The notes below the pieces were generated by a model. It did no database searches, was not told where the DNA came from, and saw only the letters and a program-made list of their open reading frames with translations. Shown here in pieces: positions 39,801-54,100 of a stretch of DNA of 64,000 bases (its first letter is position 1; the number at the start of each line of letters is the position of its first letter). Source of the DNA: Utricularia gibba (Eukaryota; Plantae; Magnoliophyta); assembly GCA_002189035.1 (NCBI GenBank), contig NEEC01000107.1, positions 72,258 to 136,257 on the forward strand, given 5' to 3'. Made by a program: the position numbers and the translations under genes.

Positions 39801-42800
39801 TGGGTCCGGACGAACTTCCCAACAAAGCACCCACCCAAAAACGACAAGCTTTTCCTTCAGAAACCATGTAGGCAGCTGCCGAAAACCCAACGTTAATAAA
39901 TGGATCACTTTTTTGCCGGGCTACAAATGACTATGGGCCGAGCCCGACCGACCTCCGGCCCGATCCTGGTGCCCCTCGAGAGCGCCTCCTCAAATATAAA
40001 GCTTGTGGATGAGAAAACCATTTGGGGTGCTCATGACATCCTAACTTCAAAAAATGCATCACGATTTTTCGTCGAATAGGACCCGATTGGGCTCAGGAGT
40101 CGAACCGAACCTTGGGTCCGGACGAACTTCCAACAAAGCACCCACCCAAAAACGACAAGCTTTTCCTTCAGAAACCATGTAGGCAGCTGCCGAAAACCCA
40201 ACGTTAATAAATGGATCACTTTTTTTGCCGGGCTACAAATGACTATGGGCCGAGCCCGACCGACCTCCGGCCCGATCCTGGTGCCCCTCGAGAGCGCCTC
40301 CTCAAATATAAAGCTTGTGGAGAGAAAACCATTTGGGGTGCTCATGACATCCTAACTTCAAAAAATGCATCACGATTTTCGTCGAATAGGACCCGATTGG
40401 GCTCAGGAGTCGAACGAACCTTGGGTCCGGATGAACTTCCCAACGAAAGCACCCACCCAAAAACGACAAGCTTTTCCTTCAGAAACAATGTAGGCAGCTG
40501 CCGAAAACCCAACGTTAATAAATGGATCACTTTTTTTGCCGGGCTACAAATGACTATGGGCCCGAGCCCGACCGACCTCCGGCCGATCCTAGTGCCCCTC
40601 GAGAGCGCCTCCTCAAATATAAAGCTTGTGGAAGAAAACCATTTGGGGTGCTCATGACATCCTAACTTCAAAAAATGCATCACGATTTTCGTCGAATAGG
40701 ACCCGATTGGGCTCAGGAGTCGAACCGAACCTTGGGTCCGGATGAACTTCCCAACAAAGCACCCACCCAAAAACGACAAGCTTTTCCTTCAGAAACCATG
40801 TAGGCAGCTGCCGAAAACCCAACGTTAATAAATGGATCACTTTTTTTGCCGGGCTACAAATGACTATGGGCCCGAGCCGACCCGACCTCCGGCCCGATCC
40901 TAGTGCCCCTCGAGAGCGCCTCCTCAAATATAAAGCTTGTGGATGAGAAAACCATTTGGGGTGCTCATGACATCCTAACTTCAATAAATGCATCACGATT
41001 TTCGTCGAATAGGACCCGATTGGGCTCAGGAGTCGAACGAACCTTGGGTCCGGATGAACTTCCAACAAAGCACCCACCCAAAAACGACAAGCTTTTCCTT
41101 CAAAACATGTAGGCAGCTGCCGAAAACCCAACGTTAAAATGGATCACTTTTTTGCCGGGCTACAAATGACTATGGGCCGAGCCGACCCGACCTCCGGCCG
41201 ATCCTGGTGCCCTCGAGAGCGCCTCCTCAAATATAAAGCTTGTGGAGAAAACCATTTGGGGTGCTCATGACATCCTAACTTCAAAAAATGCATCACGATT
41301 TTCGTCGAATAGGACCCGATTGGGCTCAGGAGTCGAACGAACCTTGGGTCCGGATGAACTTCCCAACGAAAGCACCCACCCAAAAACGACAAGCTTTTCC
41401 TTCAGAAACCATGTAGGCAGCTGCCGAAAACCCAACGTTAATAAATGGATCACTTTTTTGCCGGGCTACAAATGACTATGGGCCGAGCCCGACCGACCTC
41501 CGGCCCGATCCTGGTGCCCCTCGAGAGCGCCTCCTCAAATATAAAGCTTGTGGAGAAAACCATTTGGGGTGCTCATGACATCCTAACTTCAATAAATGCA
41601 TCACGATTTTCGTCGAATAGGACCCGATTGGGCTCAGGAGTCGAACGAACCTTGGGTCCGGATGAACTTCCCAACGAAAGCACCCACCCAAAAACGACAA
41701 GCTTTTCCTTCAGAAACATGTAGGCAGCTGCCGAAAACCCAACGTTAATAAATGGATCACTTTTTTTGCCGGGCTACAAATGACTATGGGCCCGAGTTCG
41801 ACCCGACCTCCGGCCGATCCTAGTGCCCCTCGAGAGCGCCTCCTCAAATAAAAAGCTTGTGGTTGAGAAAACCATTTGGGGTGCTCATGACATCCTAACT
41901 TCAAAAAATGCATCACGATTTTCGTCGAATAGGACCCGATTGGGCTCAGGAGTCGAACCGAACCTTGGGTCCGGACGAATTCCAACGAAAGCACCCACCC
42001 AAAAACGACAAGCTTTTCCTTCAGAAACCATGTAGGCAGCTGCCGAAAACCCAACGTTAATAAATGGATCACTTTTTTTGCCGGGCTACAAATGACTATG
42101 GGCCCGAGCCGACCGACCTCCGGCCGATCCTGGTGCCCCTCGAGAGCGCCTCCTCAAATATAAAGCTTGTGGAGAAAACCATTTGGGGTGCTCATGACAT
42201 CCTAACTTCAAAAAATGCATCACGATTTTCGTCGAATAGGACCCGATTGGGCTCAGGAGTCGAACCGAACCTTGGGTCCGGACGAAGTTCCCAACAAAGC
42301 ACCCACCCAAAAACGACAAGCTTTTCCTTCAGAAACCATGTAGGCAGCTGCCCGAAAACCCAACGTTAATAAATGGATCACTTTTTTTGCCGGGCTACAA
42401 ATGACTATGGGCCCGAGCCCGGACCTCCGGCCCGATCCTAGTGCCCCTCGAGAGCGCCTCCTCAAATAAAGCTTGTGGATGAGAAAACCATTTGGGGTGC
42501 TCATGACATCCTAACTTCAAAAAATGCATCACGATTTTCGTCGAATAGGACCCGATTGGGCTCAGGAGTCGAACCGAACCTTGGGTCCGGATGAACTTCC
42601 CAACGAAAGCACCCACCCAAAAACGACAAGCTTTTCCTTCAGAAACCATGTAGGCAGCTGCCGAAAACCCAACGTTAATAAATGGATCACTTTTTTTGCC
42701 GGGCTACAAATGACTATGGGCCCGAGCGACCCGACCTCCGGCCGATCCTAGTGCCCCTCGAGAGCGCCTCCTCAAATATAAAGCTTGTGGAGAAAACCAT

Positions 42801-45800
42801 TTGGGGTGCTCATGACATCCTAACTTCAAAAAATGCATCACGATTTTCGTCGAATAGGACCCGATTGGGCTCAGGAGTCGAACGAACCTTGGGTCCGGAC
42901 GAATTCCCAACAAAGCACCCACCAAAAACGACAAGCTTTTCCTTCAGAAACCATGTAGGCAGCTGCCGAAAACCCAACGTTAATAAATGGATCACTTTTT
43001 TGCCGGGCTACAAATGACTATGGGCCCGAGCCCGACCCGACCTCCGGCCCGATCCTGGTGCCCCTCGAGAGCGCCTCCTCAATATAAAGCTTGTGGATGA
43101 GAAAACCATTTGGGGTGCTCATGACATCCTAACTTCAAAAATGCATCACGATTTTCGTCGAATAGGACCGATTGGGCTCGAACGAACTTCCCAACGAAAG
43201 CACCCAAAAACGACAAGCTTTTCCTTCAGAAACCATGTAGGCAGCTGCCGAAAACCCAACGTTAATAAATGGATCACTTTTTTGCCGGGCTACAAATGAC
43301 TATGGGCCGAGCCCGACGACCTCCGGCCCGATCCTAGTGCCCCTCGAGAGCGCCTCCTCAAATATAAAGCTTGTGGACAAGAAAACCATTTGGGGTGCTC
43401 ATGACATCCTAACTTCAAAAAATGCATCACGATTTTCGTCGAATAGGACCCGATTGGGCTCAGGAGTCGAACCGAACCTTGGGTCCGGACGAATTCCCAA
43501 CAAAGCACCCACCCAAAAACGACAAGCTTTTCCTTCAGAAACCATGTAGGCAGCTGCCGAAAACCCAACGTTAATAAATGGATCACTTTTTTTGCCGGGC
43601 TACAAATGACTATGGGCCCGAGCGAATGACCTCCGGCCCGATCCTAGTGCCCCTCGAGAGCGCCTCCTCAAATAAAAAGCTTGTGGTGAGAAAACCATTT
43701 GGGGTGCTCATGACATCCTAACTTCAAAAAAATGCATCACGATTTCGTCGAATAGGACCCGATTGGGCTCAGGAGTCGAACGAACCTTGGGTCCGGACGA
43801 ACTTCCAACAAAGCACCCCCAAAAACGACAAGCTTTTCCTTCAGAAACCATGTAGGCAGCTGCCGAAAACCCAACGTTAATAAATGGATCACTTTTTTTG
43901 CCGGGCTACAAATGACTATGGGCCCGAGCCCGACCCGACCTCCGGCCCGATCCTGGTGCCCCTCGAGAGCGCCTCCTCAAATATAAAGCTTGTGGATGAG
44001 AAAACCATTTGGGGTGCTCATGACATCCTAACTTCAAAAATGCATCACGATTTTCGTCGAATAGGACCTGGGTCCGGACGAATTCCCAACGAAAGCACCC
44101 AACCAAAAACGACAAGCTTTTCCTTCAGAAACCATGTAGGCAGCTGCCGAAAACCCAACGTTAATAAATGGATCACTTTTTTGCCGGGCTACAAATGACT
44201 ATGGGCCCGAGCCGACGACCTCCGGCCCGATCCTAGTGCCCCTCGAGAGCGCCTCCTCAAATATAAAGCTTGTGGTGAGAAAACCATTTGGGGTGCTCAT
44301 GACATCCTAACTTCAAAAAATGCATCACGATTTTCGTCGAATAGGACCCGATTGGGCTCAGGAGTCGAACCGAACCTTGGGTCCGGACGAACTTCCCAAC
44401 AAAGCACCCACCCAAAAACGACAAGCTTTTCCTTCAGAAACCATGTATGCCGAAAACCCAACGTTAATAAATGGATCACTTTTTTTGCCGGGCTACAAAT
44501 GACTATGGGCCCGAGTTCGACCCGACCTCCGGCCCGATCCTAGTGCCCCTCGAGAGCGCCTCCTCAAATAAAAAGCTTGTGGTTGAGAAAACCATTTGGG
44601 GTGCTCATGACATCCTAACTTCAATAAATGCATCACGATTTTCGTCGAATAGGACCCGATTGGGCTCAGGAGTCGAACCGAACCTTGGGTCCGGACGAAC
44701 TTCCAACAAAGCACCCACCCAAAAACGACAAGCTTTTCCTTCAGAAACCATGTAGGCAGTGCCGAAAACCCAACGTTAATAAATGGATCACTTTTTTTGC
44801 CGGGCTACAAATGACTATGGGGCCGAGCCCGACCCACCTCCGGCCCGATCCTGGTGCCCCTCGAGAGCGCCTCCTCAAATATAAAGCTTGTGGAAAGAAA
44901 ACCATTTGGGGTGCTCATGACATCCTAACTTCAAAAAATGCATCACGATTTTCGTCGAATAGGACCCGATTGGGCTCAGGAGTCGAACCGAACCTTGGGT
45001 CCGGACGAACTTCCCAACAAAGCACCCACCAAAAACGACAAGCTTTTCCTTCAGAAACCATGTAGGCAGCTGCCGAAAACCCAACGTTAATAAATGGATC
45101 ACTTTTTTTGCCGGGCTACAAATGACTATGGGCCCGAGCCGACCCGACCTCCGGCCGATCCTAGTGCCCCTCGAGAGCGCCTCCTCAAATATAAAGCTTG
45201 TGGTTGAGAAAACCATTTGGGGTGCTCATGACATCCTAACTTCAAAAATGCATCACGATTTTCGTCGAATAGGACCGATTGGGTTCCCAACGAAAGCACC
45301 CACCCAAAAACGACAAGCTTTTCCTTCAGAAACATGTAGGCAGCTGCCGAAAACCCAACGTTAATAAATGGATCACTTTTTTGCCGGGCTACAAATGACT
45401 ATGGGCCGAGCCGAATGACCTCCGGCCCGATCCTAGTGCCCCTCGAGAGCGCCTCCTCAAATATAAAGCTTGTGGTTGAGAAAACCATTTGGGGTGCTCA
45501 TGACATCCTAACTTCAAAAAATGCATCACGATTTTCGTCGAATAGGACCGATTGGGCTCTCGAACGAAGTCCCAACGAAAGCACCCACCCAAAAACGACA
45601 AGCTTTTCCTTCAGAAACATGTAGGCAGCTGCCGAAAACCCAACGTTAATAAATGGATCACTTTTTTGCCGGGCTACAAATGACTATGGGCCCGAGTTCG
45701 ACCGACCTCCGGCCCGATCCTAGTGCCCTCGAGAGCGCCTCCTCAAATAAAAAGCTTGTGGTTGAGAAAACCATTTGGGGTGCTCATGACATCCTAACTT

Positions 45801-46015
45801 CAAAAAATGCATCACGATTTTCGTCGAATAGGACCCGATTGGGCTCAGGAGTCGAACCGAACCTTGGGTCCGGACGAACTTCCAACAAAGCACCCACCAA
45901 AAAACGACAAGCTTTTCCTTCAGAAACCATGTAGGCAGCTGCCGAAAACCCAACGTTAATAAATGGATCACTTTTTTTGCCGGGCTACAAATGACTATGG
46001 GCCCGAGTTCGACCC
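36836..46015 (+). repeat. Variant domain with the gagttcgac-cctagtg-gtggttgag haplotype
   Basis: gagttcgac at 36836, 37771, 41794, 44513, 45694 and 46005, each followed by cctagtg and the ttg slot allele. Confidence 0.75.
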
Positions 46016-48199
46016 GACCTCCGGCCCGATCCTAGTGCCCCTCGAGAGCGCCTCCTCAAATAAAAAGCTTGTGGTTGAGAAAACCATTTGGGGTGCTCAT
46101 GACATCCTAACTTCAAAAAATGCATCACGATTTTCGTCGAATAGGACCCGATTGGGCTCAGGAGTCGAACCGAACCTTGGGTCCGGACGAACTTCCCAAC
46201 AAAGCACCCACCCAAAAACGACAAGCTTTTCCTTCAGAAACCATGTAGGCAGCTGCCGAAAACCCAACGTTAATAAATGGATCACTTTTTTTGCCGGGCT
46301 ACAAATGACTATGGGCCCGAGCCGACCCGACCTCCGGCCCGATCCTAGTGCCCCTCGAGAGCGCCTCCTCAAATAAAAGCTTGTGGATGAGAAAACCATT
46401 TGGGGTGCTCATGACATCCTAACTTCAATAAATGCATCACGATTTTCGTCGAATAGGACCGATTTCGAGTCGAAGAAAGCCCAAAAACGACAAGCTTTTC
46501 CTTCAGAAACCATGTAGGCAGCTGCCGAAAACCCAACGTTAATAAATGGATCACTTTTTTTGCCGGGCTACAAATGACTATGGGCCGAGCCCGATGACCT
46601 CCGGCCCGATCCTAGTGCCCCTCGAGAGCGCCTCCTCAAATATAAAGCTTGTGTTGAGAAAACCATTTGGGTGCTCATGACATCCTAACTTCAAAAAAAT
46701 GCATCACGATTTTCGTCGAATAGGACCCGATTGGGCTCAGGAGTCGAACCGAACCTTGGGTCCGGACGAACTTCCCAACAAAGCACCCACCAAAAACGAC
46801 AAGCTTTTCCTTCAGAAACCATGTAGGCAGCTGCCGAAAACCCAACGTTAATAAATGGATCACTTTTTTTGCCGGGCTACAAATGACTATGGGCCCGATC
46901 GACCCGACCTCCGGCCGATCCTAGTGCCCCTCGAGAGCGCCTCCTCAAATAAAAAGCTTGTTGAGAAAACCATTTGGGGTGCTCATGACATCCTAACTTC
47001 AAAAAATGCATCACGATTTTCGTCGAATAGGACCCGATTGGTCCGAACGAAGTCCCAATGAAAGCACCCAACCAAAAACGACAAGCTTTTCCTTCAGAAA
47101 CCATGTAGGCAGCTGCCGAAAACCCAACGTTAATAAATGGATCACTTTTTTTGCCGGGCTACAAATGACTATGGGCCCGAGTCGGACCTCCGGCCCGATC
47201 CTAGTGCCCCTCGAGAGCGCCTCCTCAAATAAAAAGCTTGTGGTTGAGAAAACCATTTGGGGTGCTCATGACATCCTAACTTCAAAAAATGCATCACGAT
47301 TTTCGTCGAATAGGACCCGATTGGGCTCAGGAGTCGAACCGAACCTTGGGTCCGGACGAATTCCCAAAAAGCACCCACCCAAAAACGACAAGCTTTCCTT
47401 CAGAAACCATGTAGGCAGCTGCCGAAAACCCAACGTTAATAAATGGATCACTTTTTTTGCCGGGCTACAAATGACTATGGCCCGAGCCCGACCTCCGGCC
47501 CGATCCTGGTGCCCCTCGAGAGCGCCTCCTCAAATATAAAGCTTGTGGAGAAAACCATTTGGGTGCTCATGACATCCTAACTTCAATAAATGCATCACGA
47601 TTTTCGTCGAATAGGACCGATTGGCTCAGGAGTCGAAACGAACCTTGGGTCCGGATGAACTTCCCAACGAAAGCACCCACCAAAAACGACAAGCTTTTCC
47701 TTCAGAAACAATGTAGGCAGCTGCCGAAAACCCAACGTTAATAAATGGATCACTTTTTTGCCGGGCTACAAATGACTATGGGCCCGAGCCCGACCCGACC
47801 TCCGGCCGATCCTAGTGCCCCTCGAGAGCGCCTCCTCAAATATAAAGTTGTGGTTGAGAAAACCATTTGGGTGCTCATGACATCCTAACTTCAAAAAATG
47901 CATCACGATTTTCGTCGAATAGGACCCGATTGGGCTCAGGAGTCGAACCGAACCTTGGGTCCGGACGAACTTCCCAATGAAAGCACCCACCAAAAAACGA
48001 CAAGCTTTTCCTTCAGAAACCATGTAGGCAGCTGCCGAAAACCAACGTTAATAAATGGATCTTTTTTTTTGGGGCTACAAATGACTATGGGCCCGAGCCC
48101 GACCCGACCTCCGGCCCGATCCTGTGCCCCTCGAGAGCGCCTCCTCAAATAAAAGCTGTGGTTGAGAAAACCATTTGGGGTGCTCATGACATCCTAACT

Positions 48200-51100
48200 T
48201 CAATAAATGCATCACGATTTTCGTCGAATAGGACCCGATTGGGCTCAGGAGTCGAACGAACCTGGGTCCGGACGAACTTCCCAACGAAAGCACCCACCCA
48301 AAAACGACAAGCTTTTCCTTCAGAAACCATGTAGCAGCTGCCGAAAACCCAACGTTAATAAATGGATCACTTTTTTTCCGGGCTACAAATGACTATGGGC
48401 CCGAGCCCGACCCGACCTCCGGCCATCCTGGTGCCCCTCGAGAGCGCCTCCTCAAATATAAAGCTTGTGGATGAGAAAACCATTTGGGGTGCTCATGACA
48501 TCCTAACTTCAATAAATGCATCACGATTTTCGTCGAATAGGACCCGATTGGGCTCAGGAGTCGAACCGAACCTTGGGTCCGGACGAACTTCCCAATGAAA
48601 GCACCCACCAAAAACGACAAGCTTTTCCTTCAGAAACCATGTAGCAGCTGCCGAAAACCAACGTTAATAAATGGATCACTTTTTTTCCGGGCTACAAATG
48701 ACTATGGGCCCGAGCCCGACCCGACCTCCGCCCGATCCTGGTGCCCCTCGAGAGCGCCTCCTCAAATATAAAGCTTGTGGATGAGAAAACCATTTGGGGT
48801 GCTCATGACATCCTAACTTCAATAAATGCATCACGATTTTCGTCGAATAGGACCCGATTGGGCTCAGGAGTCGAACCGAACCTTGGGTCCGGACGAACTT
48901 CCCAATGAAAGCACCCACCAAAAACGACAAGCTTTTCCTTCAGAAACCATGTAGGCAGCTGCCGAAAACCCAACGTTAATAAATGGATCACTTTTTTTCC
49001 GGGCTACAATGACTATGGGCCCGAGCCGACCCGACCTCCGGCCCGATCCTGGTGCCCCTCGAGAGCGCCTCCTCAAATAAAAAGCTTGTGGAGAAAACCA
49101 TTTGGGGTGCTCATGACATCCTAACTTCAATAAATGCATCACGATTTTCGTCGAATAGGACCCGATTGGGCTCAGGAGTCGAACCGAACCTTGGGTCCGG
49201 ACGAACTTCCCAATGAAAGCACCCAACCAAAACGACAAGCTTTTCCTTCAGAAACCATGTAGGCAGCTGCCGAAAACCCAACGTTAATAAATGGATCACT
49301 TTTTTTGCCGGGCTACAAATGACTATGGGCCCGAGCCCGACCCGACCTCCGGCCCGATCCTGGTGCCCCTCGAGAGCGCCTCCTCAAATAAAAGCATGTG
49401 GTTGAGAAAACCATTTGGGGTGCTCATGACATCCTAACTTCAATAAATGCATCACGATTTTCGTCGAATAGGACCCGATTGGGCTCAGGAGTCGAACCGA
49501 ACCTTGGGTCCGGACGAACTTCCCAACGAAAGCACCCACCCAAAAACGACAAGCTTTTCCTTCAGAAAAATGTAGGCAGCTGCCGAAAACCCAACGTTAA
49601 TAAATGGATCACTTTTTTTGCCGGGCTACAAATGACTATGGGCCCGAGCCCGACCCGACCTCCGGCCCGATCCTGGTGCCCCTCGAGAGCGCCTCCTCAA
49701 ATAAAAAAGCTTGGTTGAGAAAACCATTTGGGGTGCTCATGACATCCTAACTTCAATAAATGCATCACGATTTTCGTCGAATAGGACCCGATTGGGCTCA
49801 GGAGTCGAACCGAACCTTGGGTCCGGACGAACTTCCCAATGAAAGCACCCAACCAAAAACGACAAGCTTTTCCTTCAGAAAAATGTAGGCAGCTGCCGAA
49901 AACCCAACGTTAATAAATGGATCACTTTTTTGCCGGGCTACAAATGACTATGGGCCGAGCCCGACCCGACCTCCAGCCGATCCTGGTGCCCCTCGAGAGC
50001 GCCTCCTCAAATATAAAGCTTGTGGATGAGAAAACCATTTGGGGTGCTCATGACATCCTAACTTCAATAAATGCATCACGATTTTCGTCGAATAGGACCC
50101 GATTGGGCTCAGGAGTCGAACCGAACCTTGGGTCCGGACGAACTTCCCAATGAAAGCACCCAACCCAAAAACGACAAGCTTTTCCTTCAGAAAAATGTAG
50201 GCAGCTGCCGAAAACCCAACGTTAATAAATGGATCACTTTTTTTGCCGGGCTACAAATGACTATGGGCCCGAGCCCGACCCGACCTCCGGCCCGATCCTG
50301 GTGCCCCTCGAGAGCGCCTCCTCAAATAAAAAGCATGTGGTTGAGAAAACCATTTGGGGTGCTCATGACATCCTAACTTCAATAAATGCATCACGATTTT
50401 CGTCGAATAGGACCCGATTGGGCTCAGGAGTCGAACAGAACCTTGGGTCCGGATGAACTTCCAACGAAAGCACCCACCAAAAACGACAAGCTTTTCCTTC
50501 AGAAAAATGTAGGCAGCTGCCGAAAACCCAACGTTAATAAATGGATCACTTTTTTTGCCGGGCTACAAATGACTATGGGCCCGAGCCCGACCGACCTCCG
50601 GCCCGATCCTGGTGCCCTCGAGAGCGCCTCCTCAAATATAAAGCTTGTTGAGAAAACCATTTGGGGTGCTCATGACATCCTAACTTCAATAAATGCATCA
50701 CGATTTTCGTCGAATAGGACCCGATTGGGCTCAGGAGTCGAACCGAACCTTGGGTCCGGACGAACTTCCCAATGAAAGCACCCACCAAAAACGACAAGCT
50801 TTTCCTTCAGAAACCATGTAGGCAGCTGCCGAAAACCCAACGTTAATAAATGGATCACTTTTTTTGCCGGGCTACAAATGACTATGGGCCCGAGCCCGAC
50901 CCGACCTCCGGCCCGATCCTGGTGCCCCTCGAGAGCGCCTCCTCAAATATAAAGCTTGTGGATGAAAAACCATTTGGGGTGCTCATGACATCCTAACTTC
51001 AATAAATGCATCACGATTTTCGTCGAATAGGACCCGATTGGGCTCAGGAGTCGAACCGAACCTTGGGTCCGGACGAACTTCCCAATGAAAGCACCCAACC

Positions 51101-54100
51101 AAAAACGACAAGCTTTTCCTTCAGAAACCATGTAGGCAGCTGCCGAAAACCCAACGTTAATAAATGGATCACTTTTTTTGCCGGGCTACAAATGACTATG
51201 GGCCGAGCCCGACCCGACCTCCGGCCCGATCCTGGTGCCCTCGAGAGCGCCTCCTCAAATAAAAAGCATGTGGTTGAGAAAACCATTTGGGGTGCTGACA
51301 TCCTAACTTCAATAAATGCATCACGATTTTCGTCGAATAGGACCCGATTGGGCTCAGGAGTCGAACCGAACCTTGGGTCCGGAAACTTCCCAATGAAAGC
51401 ACCCAACCAAAACGACAAGCTTTTCCTTCAGAAACCATGTAGGCAGCTGCCGAAAACCCAACGTTAATAAATGGATCACTTTTTTTGCCGGGCTACAAAT
51501 GACTATGGGCCCGAGCCCGACCCGACCTCCGGCCCGATCCTGGTGCCCTCGAGAGCGCCTCCTCAAATAAAAAGCTTGTGGTTGAGAAAACCATTTGGGG
51601 TGCTCATGACATCCTAACTTCAATAAATGCATCGATTTTCGTCGAATAGGACCCGATTGGGCTCAGGAGTCGAACAGAACCTTGGGTCCGGATGAACTCC
51701 CCAACGAAAGCACCCACCAAAAACGACAAGCTTTTCCTTCAGAAAAATGTAGGCAGCTGCCGAAAACCCAACGTAATAAAATGGATCACTTTTTTTGCCG
51801 GGCTACAAATGACTATGGGCCGAGCCCGACCCGACCTCCGGCCCGATCCTGGTGCCCGAGAGCGCCTCCTCAAATAAAAGCTTGGTTGAGAAAACCATTT
51901 GGGGTGCTCATGACATCCTAACTTCAATAAATGCATCACGATTTTCGTCGAATAGGACCCGATTGGGCTCAGGAGTCGAACAGAACCTTGGGTCCGGACG
52001 AACTTCCCAATGAAAGCACCCACCAAAAAACGACAAGCTTTTCCTTCAGAAAAAATGTAGGCAGCTGCCGAAAACCCAACGTTAATAAATGGATCACTTT
52101 TTTTCCGGGCTACAAATGACTATGGGCCGAGCCCGACCCGACCTCCGCCCGATCCTGGTGCCCCTCGAGAGCGCCTCCTCAAATATAAAGCTTGTGGATG
52201 AGAAAACCATTTGGGGTGCTCATGACATCCTAACTTCAATAAATGCATCACGATTTTCGTCGAATAGGACCCGATTGGGCTCAGGAGTCGAACCGAACCT
52301 TGGGTCCGGACGAACTTCCCAATGAAAGCACCCACCAAAAACGACAAGCTTTTCCTTCAGAAAAAATGTAGGCAGCTGCCGAAAACCCAACGTTAATAAA
52401 TGGATCACTTTTTTTGCCGGGCTACAAATGACTATGGGCCCGAGCCCGACCCGACCTCCGCCCGATCCTGGTGCCCCTCGAGAGCGCCTCCTCAAATATA
52501 AAGCTTGTGGATGAGAAAACCATTTGGGGTGCTCATGACATCCTAACTTCAATAAATGCATCACGATTTTCGTCGAATAGGACCCGATTGGGCTCAGGAG
52601 TCGAACCGAACCTTGGGTCCGGACGAACTTCCCAATGAAAGCACCCCAACCAAACGACAAGCTTTTCCTTCAGAAAAATGTAGGCAGCTGCCGAAAACCC
52701 AACGTTAATAAATGGATCACTTTTTTTGCCGGGCTACAAATGACTATGGGCCCGAGCCCGACCCGACTCCGCCCGATCCTGGTGCCCCTCGAGAGCGCCT
52801 CCTCAAATATAAAGCTTGTGGATGAGAAAACCATTTGGGGTGCTCATGACATCCTAACTTCAATAAATGCATCACGATTTTCGTCGAATAGGACCCGATT
52901 GGGCTCAGGAGTCGAACCGAACCTTGGGTCCGGACGAACTTCCCAATGAAAGCACCCAACCAAAAACGACAAGCTTTTCCTTCAGAAACCATGTAGGCAG
53001 CTGCCGAAAACCCAACGTTAATAAATGGATCACTTTTTTTGGGGCTACAAATGACTATGGGCCCGAGCCCGACCCGACCTCCGGCCCGATCCTGGTGCCC
53101 CTCGAGAGCGCCTCCTCAAATAAAAAGCTTGTGGTTGAGAAAACCATTTGGGGTGCTCATGACATCCTAACTTCAATAAATGCATCACGATTTTCGTCGA
53201 ATAGGACCGATTGGGCTCAGGAGTCGAACAGAACCTTGGGTCCGGACGAACTTCCCAACGAAAGCACCCACCAAAAACGACAAGCTTTTCCTTCAGAAAA
53301 TGTAGGCAGCTGCCGAAAACCCAACGTTAATAAATGGATCACTTTTTTTGCCGGGCTACAAATGACTATGGGCCCGAGCCCGACCCGACTCCGGCCCGAT
53401 CCTGTGCCCCTCGAGAGCGCTCCTCAAATAAAAAGCTTGTGGTTGAGAAAACCATTTGGGGTGCTCATGACATCCTAACTTCAATAAATGCATCACGATT
53501 TTCGTCGAATAGGACCCGATTGGGCTCAGGAGTCGAACCGAACCTTGGGTCCGGACGAACTTCCGAAAGCACCCAACCAAAAACGACAAGCTTTTCCTTC
53601 AGAAACCATGTAGCAGCTGCCGAAAACCCAACGTTAATAAATGGATCACTTTTTTTCCCGGGCTACAAATGACTATGGGCCCGAGCCCGACCCGACCTCC
53701 GGCCCGATCCTGGTGCCCCTCGAGAGCGCCTCCTCAAATATAAAGCTTGTGGATGAGAAAACCATTTGGGGTGCTCATGACATCCTAACTTCAATAAATG
53801 CATCACGATTTTCGTCGAATAGGACCCGATGGGGCTCAGGAGTCGAACCGAACCTTGGGTCCGGACGAACTTCCCAATGAAAGCACCCAACCAAAAACGA
53901 CAAGCTTTTCCTTCAGAAACCATGTAGGCAGCTGCCGAAAACCCAACGTTAATAAATGGATCACTTTTTTTTGCCGGGCTACAAATGACTATGGGCCGAG
54001 CCCGACCCGACCTCCGGCCCGATCCTGGTGCCCCTCGAGAGCGCCTCCTCAAATAAAAAGCTGTGGTTGAGAAAACCATTTGGGGTGCTCATGACATCCT

